Shown: one piece after another, positions 1-11,630 of the stretch
Position numbering within the stretch: the stretch's first letter is position 1
Layout of the letters: every line of letters starts with the position of its first letter
Source: Rhynchopus sp. YZ270_cl-10
Taxonomy: Eukaryota
Length of the DNA: 64,000 nucleotides
Reading direction: 5' to 3'
Assembly: GCA_964035575.1 (NCBI GenBank)
Contig: OZ037844.1
Location: 1,054,001-1,118,000, forward strand
Notes under the pieces: model-generated
The model's input: only the letters and a program-made list of their open reading frames with translations
Told to the model about the DNA's origin: nothing
The model's database searches: none
Position numbers and translations under genes: made by a program

Positions 1-392
1 CCATATTGGCCATATCCTGTTTTTTTTTTGGGGGTGCCCATATTGGCAGCTGCCCATAGTAGGGGAGTTCCATCTATGAAAATGCATTGATCTCATCTTA
101 GTATACAGAGGTGGATCAATGCACTAAAATAGCCGAAAGAAAGAACCTTTGACCTCTTGTTCAAAAAATAAAGAAAAAAAAACCCCCACACACACACCAC
201 AGGGTTTCCGCCAAGGGGGTGTCGGTGGGGGCCCTGCTCACCCCAAATCTTTTTTTTCCAGAAAAATCCGGATTTCAAACAAAAAAAAAAACCATGAAGG
301 GCTAGAAATTTGACTGCATATTATAGTATCGCTTCAGCATCGGTGATCACCCCTGTCAAGGAACAACGTACTGTTTCTTTTTTTTTTTTTGC

Positions 393-438
393 AAACTTGG
401 TTGTATTAGTGTAGCCACCCTAGAGTGTGCTCCACTAT
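393..438. repeat. Short hairpin repeat family A (~46 nt), next to a T-tract
   Basis: aaacttggttgtattagtgtagccaccctagagtgtgctccactat. Near-identical copies at 11711-11757 and 17916-17964; variants at 31988-32036 and 9133-9180. Confidence 0.85.
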
Positions 439-760
439 GTGTTTGTTCTCGCTTCGCTAAGTCACTTCGGGATCGTCCCAACCTGTAGAGATAAAATAGT
501 GTTGATAGGATGTTGTGTCTCTGGCGTTCACATGGTTACTACTGTATTGTCGTGATTGTTTTGGATAAGATTTGCTTATCAGTCCGATAGATCCTCTTGT
601 CTGTTCGTCCTGGTCTTGACAACATAACCCAAGAAAACGTAACAAAACGTGGAAAAAAAAGGGCGACAGTGACCTAGAAATGACATTCTCATTCTGGGGG
701 AATTTTTTTGAAAACCGGGGAAAACTAAAAGGTTTTTGTGATAAAACGCTATAGAGATCC

Positions 761-2653
761 CTACCCCCTTCCCCTTAACATACACTTATCTTCCAAGACC
801 TCTGCTAGGGAAGGACGTTTTGCTGGGTCTGGATGGATGCAGCGCAGCACTAATGAATGAAACGCACTCTTCTCTATGTCCGCAAGGGACTCCGGCGGGG
901 TTCCCTTCAGCTTCAGCTGGACAAGCTTGACCGGGTTCTTTGCCTCTTGGTAGGGAGAGCGTGCGGTCAGCATTTCCAATATCAACAGCCCAAAGCAGTA
1001 GATGTCCGCACGGAAGTCAAAGTCATCATCAAACTGTTCTGGCGCGAGATATGCTTCCAGGTTGTGCGGATCAACGATTTTGATCGTAAACTCGCCTTTC
1101 ATCGGCAGCAACACCGACATTGCAATACCAAGCCGTAAATTCCCATCTGTCATTGCGTGCACATAATATGGATTCACCCTACGGTGCAACACATTCCCTT
1201 CATGAGCTACTGCGAGCGCTTCTCCTATACGTTTCGCCTGCAACCTCACAGCACCCTCCGAATACGCACCCTTCTGCAACAACGAATGCAACGTACCACA
1301 GTACTGTCCATCTGTTACCCAGTAAACCTTGTCAATACCGTTTTCCCAGACCTCTCTGCATGAGACCAACCCAGGGTGGGTCAATGAAAGCATTGTGGAT
1401 TGGATATCAGCGGTGAGCATCGGCTTTGTGTAGGCCACCTTCCCAACCTCCACCTCATGCATGGTTACCGTCTGGGAGGTGTCCTTCACGGTCCCGAGAT
1501 ACGCGGTGTGGCAACGATCTGTTATCGTGATAGAGCCTCTGGTGTACCCGGCTTCGTGGAGAAGGTAGGTGGCGTACAGCTCGCGGCGCCATTCTTCGAC
1601 GTCCATATCAAGTTGTGCCGCCCCTGCTGTGATCGTTTCTGGAAAAACCCAATCATCGGCGGGCTGCAACGTATCATTGTGGTTTGCTTGGGAGAGTCCG
1701 TGCTGTAATAATAACGTTACCCCCATATCCGCAAGCTCTCTCTTCACCACCCGAGATATCCCTGTACTCACCAACTCTGGGGTGAGAGGTGTCGGTGCGG
1801 CTGCATCCTGCAGTTCTCTTAGTAAAGGCGCGAACACCGCATGAGAAAGCAACTCTGCTGCAGACGGCCGTTCCGACGCGTTTTTGTTGACACATTGTTG
1901 CACAAAATCTTTGTATTCTGGGGTCAAGCTTTGATTGGCGAAGAGCTCCCTAAGAGGCGGATCACCTTTTAGTGTCATTGCCATCACCTTCATTGGGGGA
2001 TACGATGCATAAGGTGGTGCTCCGTACGCAATTTCGATAGCGGTAATCCCGAGGGACCAGATATCCGCGCTTTTTTTGTAGCCCTTCATCGTGAGAACTT
2101 CGGGCGCCATCCAGCAGGGGGTGCCTACAAAGGTTTTGCGGGTGACGCTGGCACCGCGGTTGAGGGGTGCTTCACTGCTGACACCGAAGTCGGCCATGAC
2201 GATGTCGCCGGCTTCGCTGATGAGGAGGTTCGCCGCCTTCACATCGCGATGAATCTGATCGTTCTTATGAAAATACTGCAGTGCCAGCAACGACTGATAC
2301 AAAATCGCCACCAACAGAGTTTCGTTGACATACCAATGTGGCTGAACGCTTTTGGTCGATCGAATCGCATCAGCAATCGATCCAAACGGATAATAATCCA
2401 AAACCAACCACAAACAATTCCCCGAAGTGAAAGAACAATGCAACCGTAGCACGTTGTTGTGGTTCGACCTCCTCATAATCGAAATTTCATGTTGAAACTG
2501 CTCCAAATTCATATTTACTGCATCAAAATTAATGATCTTCACCGCCACCTCCGTGTCCAGAGACCTGCACCGCCCCCGATACACATAAGCAGTTGCCCCA
2601 CGACCCACAAGGTTCAACAGCTCATACCCCTCTTTCACAAGCGGATATGCCAT
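761..2653 (-). CDS. STE20-family (SPAK/OSR1-like) Ser/Thr kinase with a C-terminal WNK/NRBP-like pseudokinase domain, 630 aa, intronless
   Basis: N-terminal domain has GRGATA, VAVK, IHRDVKAAN, DFG and TFVGTPCWMAPEV. C-terminal domain keeps YLAPE, DIYCFG, LEM and RPS, but has HRR instead of HRD and no DFG. Confidence 0.9.
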   Translation of the reverse strand: MAYPLVKEGYELLNLVGRGATAYVYRGRCRSLDTEVAVKIINFDAVNMNLEQFQHEISIMRRSNHNNVLRLHCSFTSGNCLWLVLDYYPFGSIADAIRSTKSVQPHWYVNETLLVAILYQSLLALQYFHKNDQIHRDVKAANLLISEAGDIVMADFGVSSEAPLNRGASVTRKTFVGTPCWMAPEVLTMKGYKKSADIWSLGITAIEIAYGAPPYASYPPMKVMAMTLKGDPPLRELFANQSLTPEYKDFVQQCVNKNASERPSAAELLSHAVFAPLLRELQDAAAPTPLTPELVSTGISRVVKRELADMGVTLLLQHGLSQANHNDTLQPADDWVFPETITAGAAQLDMDVEEWRRELYATYLLHEAGYTRGSITITDRCHTAYLGTVKDTSQTVTMHEVEVGKVAYTKPMLTADIQSTMLSLTHPGLVSCREVWENGIDKVYWVTDGQYCGTLHSLLQKGAYSEGAVRLQAKRIGEALAVAHEGNVLHRRVNPYYVHAMTDGNLRLGIAMSVLLPMKGEFTIKIVDPHNLEAYLAPEQFDDDFDFRADIYCFGLLILEMLTARSPYQEAKNPVKLVQLKLKGTPPESLADIEKSAFHSLVLRCIHPDPAKRPSLAEVLEDKCMLRGRG

Positions 2654-2766
2654 TTTGTGGGGTGGAGGGGGTTGAGGGGGGGAGGGGCAGGGGTGGGGGG
2701 GTCTACGCCGACACTTTTTTGCTTTTTTGTTAATGATTTCCTGTGGTTGGTGGATGGGGGGTGGTG

Positions 2767-2925
2767 CACGACGTTGAAGTAAATTACTTTACTTGTGGTT
2801 TTACTTGTCATTTTTTTTTACTTGTGTTTAATCTGTACGCTTACGTTTTTACGTGTGCCACAAGTAAACTATTTTCACAAGTAAAATTACATGTAAAACC
2901 ACAAGTAATTTACTTCAACGTCGTG
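2767..2925. mobile_element. MITE with CAC...GTG termini and a probable 2-bp TSD (CMC/CACTA-like)
   Basis: TIR cacgacgttgaagtaaattactt / aagtaatttacttcaacgtcgtg; tg on both flanks. Confidence 0.7.
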
Positions 2926-3029
2926 TGGGGGTGGTGGGGGGGATATGAAACATTGTGGAATGGTGAGGGGGGAGGTAACTATTGTTTGATTTGTTTTCTA
3001 AATAGCCGAAGAAGCCGGAAAAAAAGTAA

Positions 3030-3140
3030 GATTGACTTGAAATACAACAACCCTCTCGTGAACAGTGTACCTTGGTACCGGGGTGGACACTCCAACCATG
3101 CAGTCCCACTAATCCATTTCGTTTGCATCTGAAAAAAAAA
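3030..3140. repeat. Interspersed repeat family C (~110-130 nt, SINE-like, followed by an A-tract)
   Basis: ttgacttgaaatacaa..ccctctcgtgaacagtgtacc..ggtggacac..aaccatgcagt..aatccatttcgt. Copies at 7888-8015 and 10672-10803. Confidence 0.8.
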
Positions 3141-3653
3141 GTGAAGTTGACCACGCAAAACGCCAAAAGCTGACCGCAGGAACTGGAAATCCGCGGGTCA
3201 CCATATGTCCTCTCTTCGCGAAGGGGCACTGGGTTGGTTCCCCCTCCTCCCCCTTTGGGAAAACTATAGAAAACGACTTCAGGATATGACAGTTAAATGA
3301 AATAATAGTTATTTATTCACGTGAAATAAGATTCCCTTTATTTCACGCTCCCGGACTGGAGTCACAAGTGGGTTAATTTTCACGAGCGTAGCGAGTGAAA
3401 ATTATGAAACGCGTGTCTCCAGGCCAGGGAGCGTGAAATATGAATCTTATTTCACATGAATACAATATTTTATTCAGCGTTTGCGGAGGTCAAAGTACAA
3501 TTTCTACAGGGGGGCAGTCAAATAGGGTAGGTGTTATGAAAAAAATAAATGTGTATCCCCACCGGTTCCGCTTTAAGTAGGCAATCAACTTGTTGCCGAT
3601 CGTATATGTGTGCGGACGGAAGGGCTTTTAAGTAGGCAATCAACTTGTCACAG

Positions 3654-3962
3654 TCACGCCCCCGTGTGTCCGTTGCAGTGATCGCACTCCGTGCAGTTCG
3701 GGTACCCCGCAAACCCAGCAGCACACTCGTCGCACGTCGCACCAGCAAAGCGAGCGTTGCACGTGCACGAGCACTCTGTCTTGTTCATGTTGTGTGTCAC
3801 AGCACTGCTGTGCGACCTGCAGTGCACGTCGTCCGTGCACTCTGTGCACGCAGCACACTCGCCACAGCTTGCGCCAGTGAATCCGGTCGCACATGTGCTC
3901 ACACAGGTCGACTTATCCGCGTTGTGTGTCACAGACGTGCTGTGTTCACTGTATTGACACAA
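3654..3962 (-). pseudogene. Laminin/EGF-like cysteine-rich gene fragment
   Basis: CSCTCNARFAGATCDECAAGFAGYPNCTEC plus a second degenerate repeat; GC-rich island without an ATG context. Confidence 0.7.
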
Positions 3963-4240
3963 AATAATTCATTTTTGGACTTTTTCAAGCCAAAAATGGA
4001 ATGAAATAGTGGTGTATTCTGAGCGGAAACAGTGCGTGAAAATAAAAGGATTTTATTTCACTTTATATTCACGCAAAAAAAAGCTTTATATTACTGTGAA
4101 TAAAGTGCGTTTTCGCGGCTACTCCAACGTATTTCTCTGCGTGAAATAAGGCTCGCGTGAAAATAAAAAACGAATAAAGGCATCTTATTTTCACGCTACG
4201 GCTATTTTACGACCAAAACTTTATTTCACGTGAGTTGAAT

Positions 4241-4894
4241 CAGGGTTGTTTCTAGGATCTCGTTTTTTTTTCTCGGGGGGGGGTCAATTTTTTTCCCAAA
4301 AAAAATTTTTTTTCCGCCGGGAAAAAATGGTCTTTCAAGGGGTTTTGGGTATATTCCGAGCTTTCTCGACGAAGCCTCGATCTCACCAAGAAAACCCCAT
4401 ACCCCAAAGCTTCAGAATATCATGGTGGTATGTAGCTTCTGTGCGGGTATGAAACAGGTAAAGAAACGGTGGCCATGGTACCCAAAGGTTCCTGGCGAAG
4501 CCACGGTACGCAACATTTCAAAATTTGCGCTTAAAATTGCACTATTGTACAGCCAAACTATGTCATGGGAAGGGTGTGATGTAAGCTTGCGCCGCAGGCG
4601 CACGGTACGCTACTTTTATTCTTTTCGCCAAATCTTTTTTCACACTCCCATCACCGTTCCACGTGGTGTAGTCGGTGCGGGTGTTGTCGCTCTCACCAGT
4701 GCCAACACTGGTGGTGGGTGGAAAACGTGTAGTTCGGGGGGAACTATGTAATTTTTTACAGGGGGGTGAGGCTGACCAGCGCACCGTGCCAGATTCTGGG
4801 GGTAAAATTGACCCCCCCCGGGGGGGGTCAATTTGACCCCCCAGAATCTGGGGGGGGTCAGTGACCCCCCCCGACCCCCCTAGAAACAACCCTG
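4241..4894. mobile_element. hAT-type MITE
   Basis: TIR cagggttgtttctag / ctagaaacaaccctg; 8-bp TSD agttgaat. Confidence 0.9.
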
Positions 4895-5145
4895 AGTTGA
4901 ATAATGCCAATCTTATTTCACTGTCCCCTGTAGAAATTGTACGTGACCTCCGCAAAAAGACGAATAAAGAAAACACTTTTTCGTTTATCGCACCGCAAAA
5001 GGTTTGTGTTTTTCACTGATGAATGTGAGTGATGTTAGTGGAAAAACAATACGCTAAAGCGGGCACGCACCATCCGTCGTTTTCCATTTCTATTCGTCAA
5101 TGCTTGATAACACAACTATAGAAAGCCGGGAGAAAAAAAACTGTA

Positions 5146-5212
5146 GTTGTTGCAGGCACCTCCGACTGACCCACGTACGATGCAAGCCATCCAGATAAAA
5201 GCACAAAAAAAA
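5146..5212. repeat. Short repeat family B (~60 nt)
   Basis: gttg.tgcaggcacctccgactgaccca..tacgat....gccatccagat.aaagca. Copies at 47808-47868, 12917-12960 (internally deleted) and 10639-10660 (partial). Confidence 0.75.
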
Positions 5213-8200
5213 TAACCGAAGAATCCGAAGTAAAGATAGGGAGAAGAAACATAGAGAGAAAAAGGTGTAAGATGTGTCACCTACCGCTCGACAACCACCC
5301 CAACCAAGAGGTGGGTTCAGTCTTAAGTGTTACCCCAAAAAAGGGGAGACTCGGGTGTCTGCAGATCTGTTGGTTGTTTACCTGTTATTTATTTTGTCTG
5401 TTTTTTCTCTTTAACTTTCATGGGGGGTAAGGGATAGCACGATAAAGAGGCACTCTAGTGGGACTCGCTAAACAATAATCACCTTTTTTTTTTTGAATAA
5501 AAATGAATGGAACGAAGGGTTGCGGTGGAAGGAGGGATTTTAAAATTCTGAAAAACGTAGCTAAAAAAAAACCCCCTTGGTTTGAGATAAAACAAAAGAA
5601 AAAAAATTCGAAGCATAAAATTTTTGTTTGATTATGGACTACGTATCGCAAGATCGCAGCCACGGTTTTTTCTTCACAGGATCCTTAAAAGAGAGCAAAT
5701 AGAGGCACAAAACATAACAGTGTATTCTAACATAAAGTACAGGTGTAGGGATCAACCAAAAATGATCCCTTCTTCTTTTTTCCCTTTTTGGTGTATGATT
5801 ATTTTATACACACAAAAGAATGAAAAGAAAGTGAAGTTTACAGTGCAAAACGCCTCTGGGACGCACTGACACTCCGCGGGGTTGTCGAACCCCCCGGAGT
5901 GTTGCACTTTGGAGTTACTCACAGGGAAACTGTAAGCAGGCAGACACACAGTCATTTCTGCATAAAGAAAAAAAAATTGTAAATTCTAAGCCTCGTGTTT
6001 GCGTGGTCACCTTCCAAGATGAAATGAGCTTCGCATTACGGATCTAAAAGAGGGCGGGAAGGGAATAGCGATGACAAAGGACAACTTTCGCTTCGCAAAC
6101 GGGAGAAGGAGAAGAAGAAGAAAAAAAATACCAAAAGAACCACAATCGACACTGCTGGTTAGAGTGCAGTAAAAAAAGGGCTGACACAGTTTGCCTTTGC
6201 GTCTTGTTTTGTTGCACCCCCCGCTTCTTCCCCTTTTAAGAGGCCCTTGAAATAGGATCACTCTATCAACTCCCTGAGGAACTATTCATACCCACGCCAA
6301 ATAGAACAAAAGAAAACATCAGTAACAGAACCTCGTTAGAGTGTGTGTGGGGGTTTTGAAAGTTTGTTTGTTTTGTTTTTGTTTGTTTTTGTGTTTTTGC
6401 TACTCTGTTTGTTTTGTTTTGTATTTCATTGTAGTACTTTGTAAGTTGAGAGTGTGTGGGGGGGAAGGAAATCTCCAACTTTGGCAAAACGGTGATATTG
6501 TTTTTCTTTTTTTTGATAAATTGTTGGAATGTAGTTGCCATCTGTGCAAGCTCCATTTTCCACATTTTTTTTGATTTTTTTTTGTTCGAACAGTTTTCTA
6601 ATTTTTTCTTCCCCCACCCGGATGGCCACAACAAAACAGAGGGGCCGGGAGAAATGGGATCCCGGTAACAAAAAACCGACCGTAAAATTGTATGACCTTT
6701 TCCGTGTTTTTAGGGGAGTTTGACCTTTTTTACGGTCGGTATATGTTACCGGTACGGTAGATCAGTTTATGATTATATCTTCCCCTATCTGGATCCAATC
6801 AATCTCTTCGCGAATGTGGAGTTACTGTACTTTCACCGTCGCCCCGTTCTCAAAAATGATTGAGATTTATGCAGACGGCCCTTTTTTTTTCGTTCATGTG
6901 AAGGATAGCTATTCCGTTGAGGATTGTGAAACCCTGAATGAGTGAAGACTGCTTTTTTGACGTATGGTAGGCGTAAAACGAAAAAAATAAAAATAAGTTG
7001 AAAGTGCAAAAAAAAAAAAAACGCTCACCGTTCATCGGCGGACGCAGAGCACGATAAAAGAAACTGACAGATGGGATGTGCCCCACTGTGTCACATATTT
7101 TAAATATTTCCCCATTTACCGTCATGCTGAGAGAACGCTGGGGGGAAAAAAATCGGAGACATATAACTTAACATAACTGAAACACCTTCGGAGATGAATT
7201 TTTTGCCTCATGCATGCATCTCGTTGGTAAAAAAGGGGGCTGGGGAGAGGAAGAAGTTTGTAAGATGATCCTAAGCTGCTTGTGCTTAATCATCAAAGAG
7301 TGAGGTAAAGAAAAGGGGGGGAAGGGAAAGGGAAAAAGGGAAAAGGGGATCCTAGAAAGACTACAACAAACCCGCAGGGACGTCAATGGTCTTTTCTCTC
7401 GTTCTCTTTTAACGGTTATTGAAACATTGCTGGTTTTCTATATTTTTTACTTTGAGATCTGTATCAGGGCGGTATGCTTTGTTTTTTCGTTTATATTTGT
7501 TGTGCTTGGTGTTGGACACGACATAAACCAGGCGCATTTTGTTGCCGTCTCTAACTCCATTTTTCGCTTTTTTATTTTTTTTTTGAAAATGTTGGCTGCA
7601 AGATATCCTAACCTCGCATGATTCACCTTTTGAAAAAAAAAGAGAGAAAATATGGGTATTTTGCCAAAATGTCAAACAAAAGTGTATTTTTTCCCAAAAT
7701 CCCCAAAACCCGCCAGAAAATGGTTTCTGGGTGATTATAGGCACCTATCGGCGCTAATTGTCGGTAAAACAGCAGTTTTTTTTTTGGCAGAGACCCAGTA
7801 CAAAAATAAATCTACTGTGTCAGTCACCGTGGTGAGGATCCCAAACACAAAAAAAGAAAAAGAAAAGAAATCTCAGGAAGAAGAAAAAGTTGACTTGAAA
7901 TACAACAGCCCCCTCTCGTGAACAGTGTACCTTGGTACATGACCGGGGTGTATCGGAGGGTGGACACCCAATCATGCAGTCCTACAATCCATTTCGTAGT
8001 TTACATCTGAAAAAAATGGAAATTGTAAAAGAAACACATGCAGAGGTGTCTTGAACAAAGAGCGATCTGGAGAAACCCTTGCAAGACAGACCTACTTCTA
8101 GCTTGCACCTATCAGCTTAAAAGAGGGTTTTGTTGATAACGGATACGGGCACATCGATAACACTTAGGCTTATGCGACACAAACGGGTGCAGGGGTGGAG

Positions 8201-8358
8201 TAAGGAAAATACGGGGTGAGAAGACTATGAAACACAACGACGGAGTTAGATTTTTTTTGCTTTGCTTTTTTTTTTTCGATAAATTTGTTAAAGTAGTGCA
8301 GTTGCCTCGGTTGTGTTGCCACAGTTTGTGCAAATCTCCACTCTCACTTTAGTATCAA

Positions 8359-8437
8359 CAATCACCCTTGACAGAGGACGGGGTTCTGTACATACAAAGT
8401 CGCCCAAAAGACCAAATGAATTTCAAAGGTAATGCAG
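8359..8437. repeat. Short repeat family D
   Basis: acaatcacc..gaggacgggttctgtaca..aaag..gccc.aa....aatgaatttcaaaggta. Related copies at 18184-18262 and 38106-38180. Confidence 0.6.
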
Positions 8438-8441
8438 AGTA

Positions 8442-9100
8442 CCGGCCGCGTACATATTACGTCGCGTACTAATTAAGTCGGTTAGGGCAAATGCCGACTT
8501 AATTAGTACGCGACGTAATAAGTGTGCGACGTAATTAATTTTTTGAAGAAAAACAAAATCTACGGACAAGGTGAGTGGGAAGGATGTCTGGCATTTCTCT
8601 TGGTGTTGGCGTGTTGGCCCTCGGCCCTTTACAAGGTTACATTGGGAAGAGATTGCAACATGCAAACAAAAATTTTTTTTTAAATCTTTGTTGAAATATG
8701 AACGAATGGCTCAAATTGCGGATTTGAGGAACTCCATTGGTACTTCCCACTCCTCTTGCGCATACGGAGGTACTAGACGCACTGTGGCAGAGTTCTCATC
8801 GATTTCTTCCACCTTACCCTGTGCCGTCTACACGCGCCGCGTGTTGGGTTTGTTCTCCTCCTCGTTCACACGATCTGCGATGACTTCGGGATTGTGTGGG
8901 TTTGGTGGTATCCCCCCAGTAATGTGCCCACACCAGCTGTGTTCCAACATGATTACTCCCACTTTTTTTTTCACCTTACGGTGTGTACTAATTACGTCGC
9001 TTTTTGGGCGCCCGCGGGCCCCCAAAAAGCGACTTAATTAGTACGCGACGTAATAAGTACCCCCCGTAATAAATACGCGACGTAATATGTACGCGGCCGG
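8442..9100. mobile_element. TA-TSD MITE (Tc1/mariner/pogo-like) with palindromic subterminal repeats
   Basis: TIR ccggccgcgtacatattacgtcgcgta / tacgcgacgtaatatgtacgcggccgg; TA on both flanks. Confidence 0.85.
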
Positions 9101-9496
9101 TATCCACACACATGAAATTACTTATTTTCTTTGAAAAACTTGGTATCAGTGCGGCACACCCGAGGACGAGCTCCACTATACAAAAAAAAAAAAACAAACA
9201 CACGCACTTTTATTTTACGGTTACCTACCGAGTAGACGGCCTCTCGCTTGGTGGGTAACTAGCGTCTGTACCCAATATTGACCAAAGTCGTTTGTGATAC
9301 GAAAGGTACAGACATCGTTCATCTCCTCAACACTTAAGAGCAACCATTTTTTGAATTTTTCTGTTCCTTTTTTCTGTTCCATCGACATTGCTTTGACCAA
9401 TATCGACAAATAAAAAAAAAACTGTCAAAAAAATTGTGAGATGGACCTCATCACCCCCGCTCCCTCGCCCTTAACCTTCCTCCGCATCGTTTCTTT

Positions 9497-10504
9497 CTAC
9501 ATTAATGATACAAAGTGAAGCGCGTTGCCCATGTCTGCGAATGTTGCGCACATGAAGCAGTAGGTACTGTGGAAGCCGAAGGTTCGGTACATATCCATAT
9601 ACCGCTCGCCTTGGTAGAGGAGAAGCGTGAAGTTGAAGGTGTCCTGGATGACAACAGCGTACAGTGCGAGAAGCGCGTCTAGCAGCACAATCCTTCCCAG
9701 CAGACCAAGACACTTCTGTCTTGGAATCACAAAGTGTTTGCAGGTAAAATGGAGCAGCAGAAACGCGATGCCAGAAATCCACACATAGCATACAAACCCT
9801 GGGAGAATGTGCGTGCAAAACGCAGGCAGCAAACACACCAAAATCACGATAGAAAAAATCCGCTTTGCGCGGAGCCCTTTGTCCCATTCGTCTTCGTCAC
9901 CCATGAATTCTGCTTTAGATTCGTAGTTTGTACGGACCTCTTCGATTTCGTCCATATTCTTTGCTTGAAGATAGTTTTTTCGGAAGATGTGAAGGTCCAC
10001 CTCCTCGCCGACATCGCTACGTGGGTCGGCGACTGAGAGTGCAGCAGAACGTTGTCCTATGATGATCTGCCTTGTGTATTCACCACCTACCATCCCAAAC
10101 ACAACGAAGACAGTTGCACCGCCATTTATCCATTTCGCATAGGCCAAAGTATACACATCCCACGCGGATGCCGTATCCCCAAAGTCGCGCACCGTAGTAA
10201 ACAAAATAAACCCCAAATGTGCCACATGGTATAGAACCTGAGGGGCAAGGAACCACCACGGAGGGTTCGCCAACGCAGTGATCGTCGCAGTGCCCGTCAT
10301 CAGCCGAATCCGTTCCCGTGAATACCCAAACCGGAACCGGAGCTCCAAAGTGTTAATCAGCACGGAAAGCGCTGTCAGGATCAGCACCGAAACTGGGATG
10401 AGGAAGTATGGGGGGAGGACTAGGTCAAGAAGCACGACGTCGCAGTCGCAACGGTCGAGGAGCTCCCATCCGTGGGTGGTGTTGTTCGACCCACTATCAT
10501 CCAT
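9497..10504 (-). CDS. Uncharacterised multipass membrane protein, 335 aa
   Basis: ATG-initiated GC-rich ORF with several hydrophobic helices split by an acidic loop; N-terminal NNTT sequon. Confidence 0.8.
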   Translation of the reverse strand: MDDSGSNNTTHGWELLDRCDCDVVLLDLVLPPYFLIPVSVLILTALSVLINTLELRFRFGYSRERIRLMTGTATITALANPPWWFLAPQVLYHVAHLGFILFTTVRDFGDTASAWDVYTLAYAKWINGGATVFVVFGMVGGEYTRQIIIGQRSAALSVADPRSDVGEEVDLHIFRKNYLQAKNMDEIEEVRTNYESKAEFMGDEDEWDKGLRAKRIFSIVILVCLLPAFCTHILPGFVCYVWISGIAFLLLHFTCKHFVIPRQKCLGLLGRIVLLDALLALYAVVIQDTFNFTLLLYQGERYMDMYRTFGFHSTYCFMCATFADMGNALHFVSLM

Positions 10505-11630
10505 GTGGGAGAAGTGGGAGGGATGGGGAGGGAAGGTATCGTGTATTGCCTAGGTGAGTGGTAAGAAAGGGGAATTGGCGGTGTGTGTAAGGAGAGCGTG
10601 GGGGGGTATGACTGAAAGAAGAAAAAGTGAAGTTATTAATGCAGGCACCTCCGACTGAAAGAAAAAAAAAAGTTGGCTTGAAATACAAAAGCCCTCTCGT
10701 GAACAGTGTACCGGTGGTATGACCCGGCTGTACCGGGGGGAGGTGGACACCCCAACCATGCAGTTCTACAATCCATTTCGTGGTTTACATCATGATAAAA
10801 AAAGTGATGGGGGGGAGAGGAAAAAAAAAATGGCGTTTCTTTGTTATTCCGTCCGTTAACCAAAAACCCATCGCCCTCCCTTCCTCTCGCTTTAAGTGTT
10901 CCCTAAACCCAGAAAATGGCTGCAATATCGTGAGAATCATTCAAGAAGCCCTGGACGGTATAGTACCAATTATCCATTTGAGCATAATCATGAAGATGAT
11001 AGGGCTGCCACCCCTTGGGGGGGGAAAGAGAAAAACTTAAAAGATAAACATGCCTCATGTGCATACAAATCTGTACCGCAAAAGATGAAGCCTGGTAACA
11101 CCACTGTACAACACATCTGTTTTGTTTGCTCTGTCTGTTTAAAGTGTGTACCCTTCCTATTGGGAAGAACAGTGGGAGGTATCGGCGCAATAATGGCAGA
11201 AATACACACCAAGAGAGACGGAGAAACAAAAGTGTCAAAAGAAAGAAGAAAAAAAAAAATGACCAGAATGATCTAAAAGCCTTCTAGTGCTTTAGTCAAA
11301 CCCCATTACCCCACTCTGACATACACAGAACCTAGTGTTGTTTTTTTATATACCTTCTAAAAGACCCCCCCACCCCCATGTACCCACCTTTATCCTTAAA
11401 CCTTTAAGTTATTTTGCTTTTTATCAAACACAAAAAAAAAAGCCCCGGTAAAACCCGTTACCAAAAATTAAAAATAAAAATAAAAAAATTCCTGCTACCC
11501 TTGACCCCACGGAAGCGTTGTGCAACAAAAAATAAACACATTGCGACAATGTCTTTGATTTAGTTTTTTCTACTCCCGTGCACTACCCCTTTGAGTCCCG
11601 CACCCCCTTTTGCTAGTCAGCTGGACATAC

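Larger units (their letters stand above)
3480..4956. mobile_element. Element bounded by inverted repeats, carrying an EGF-like fragment and a nested hAT-type MITE
   Basis: ~45-bp inverted repeat tttgcggaggtca.gtacaatttctacagggg.cagt at 3480-3525 and 4910-4956; many gtgaaata motifs. Exact ends uncertain. Confidence 0.55.
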
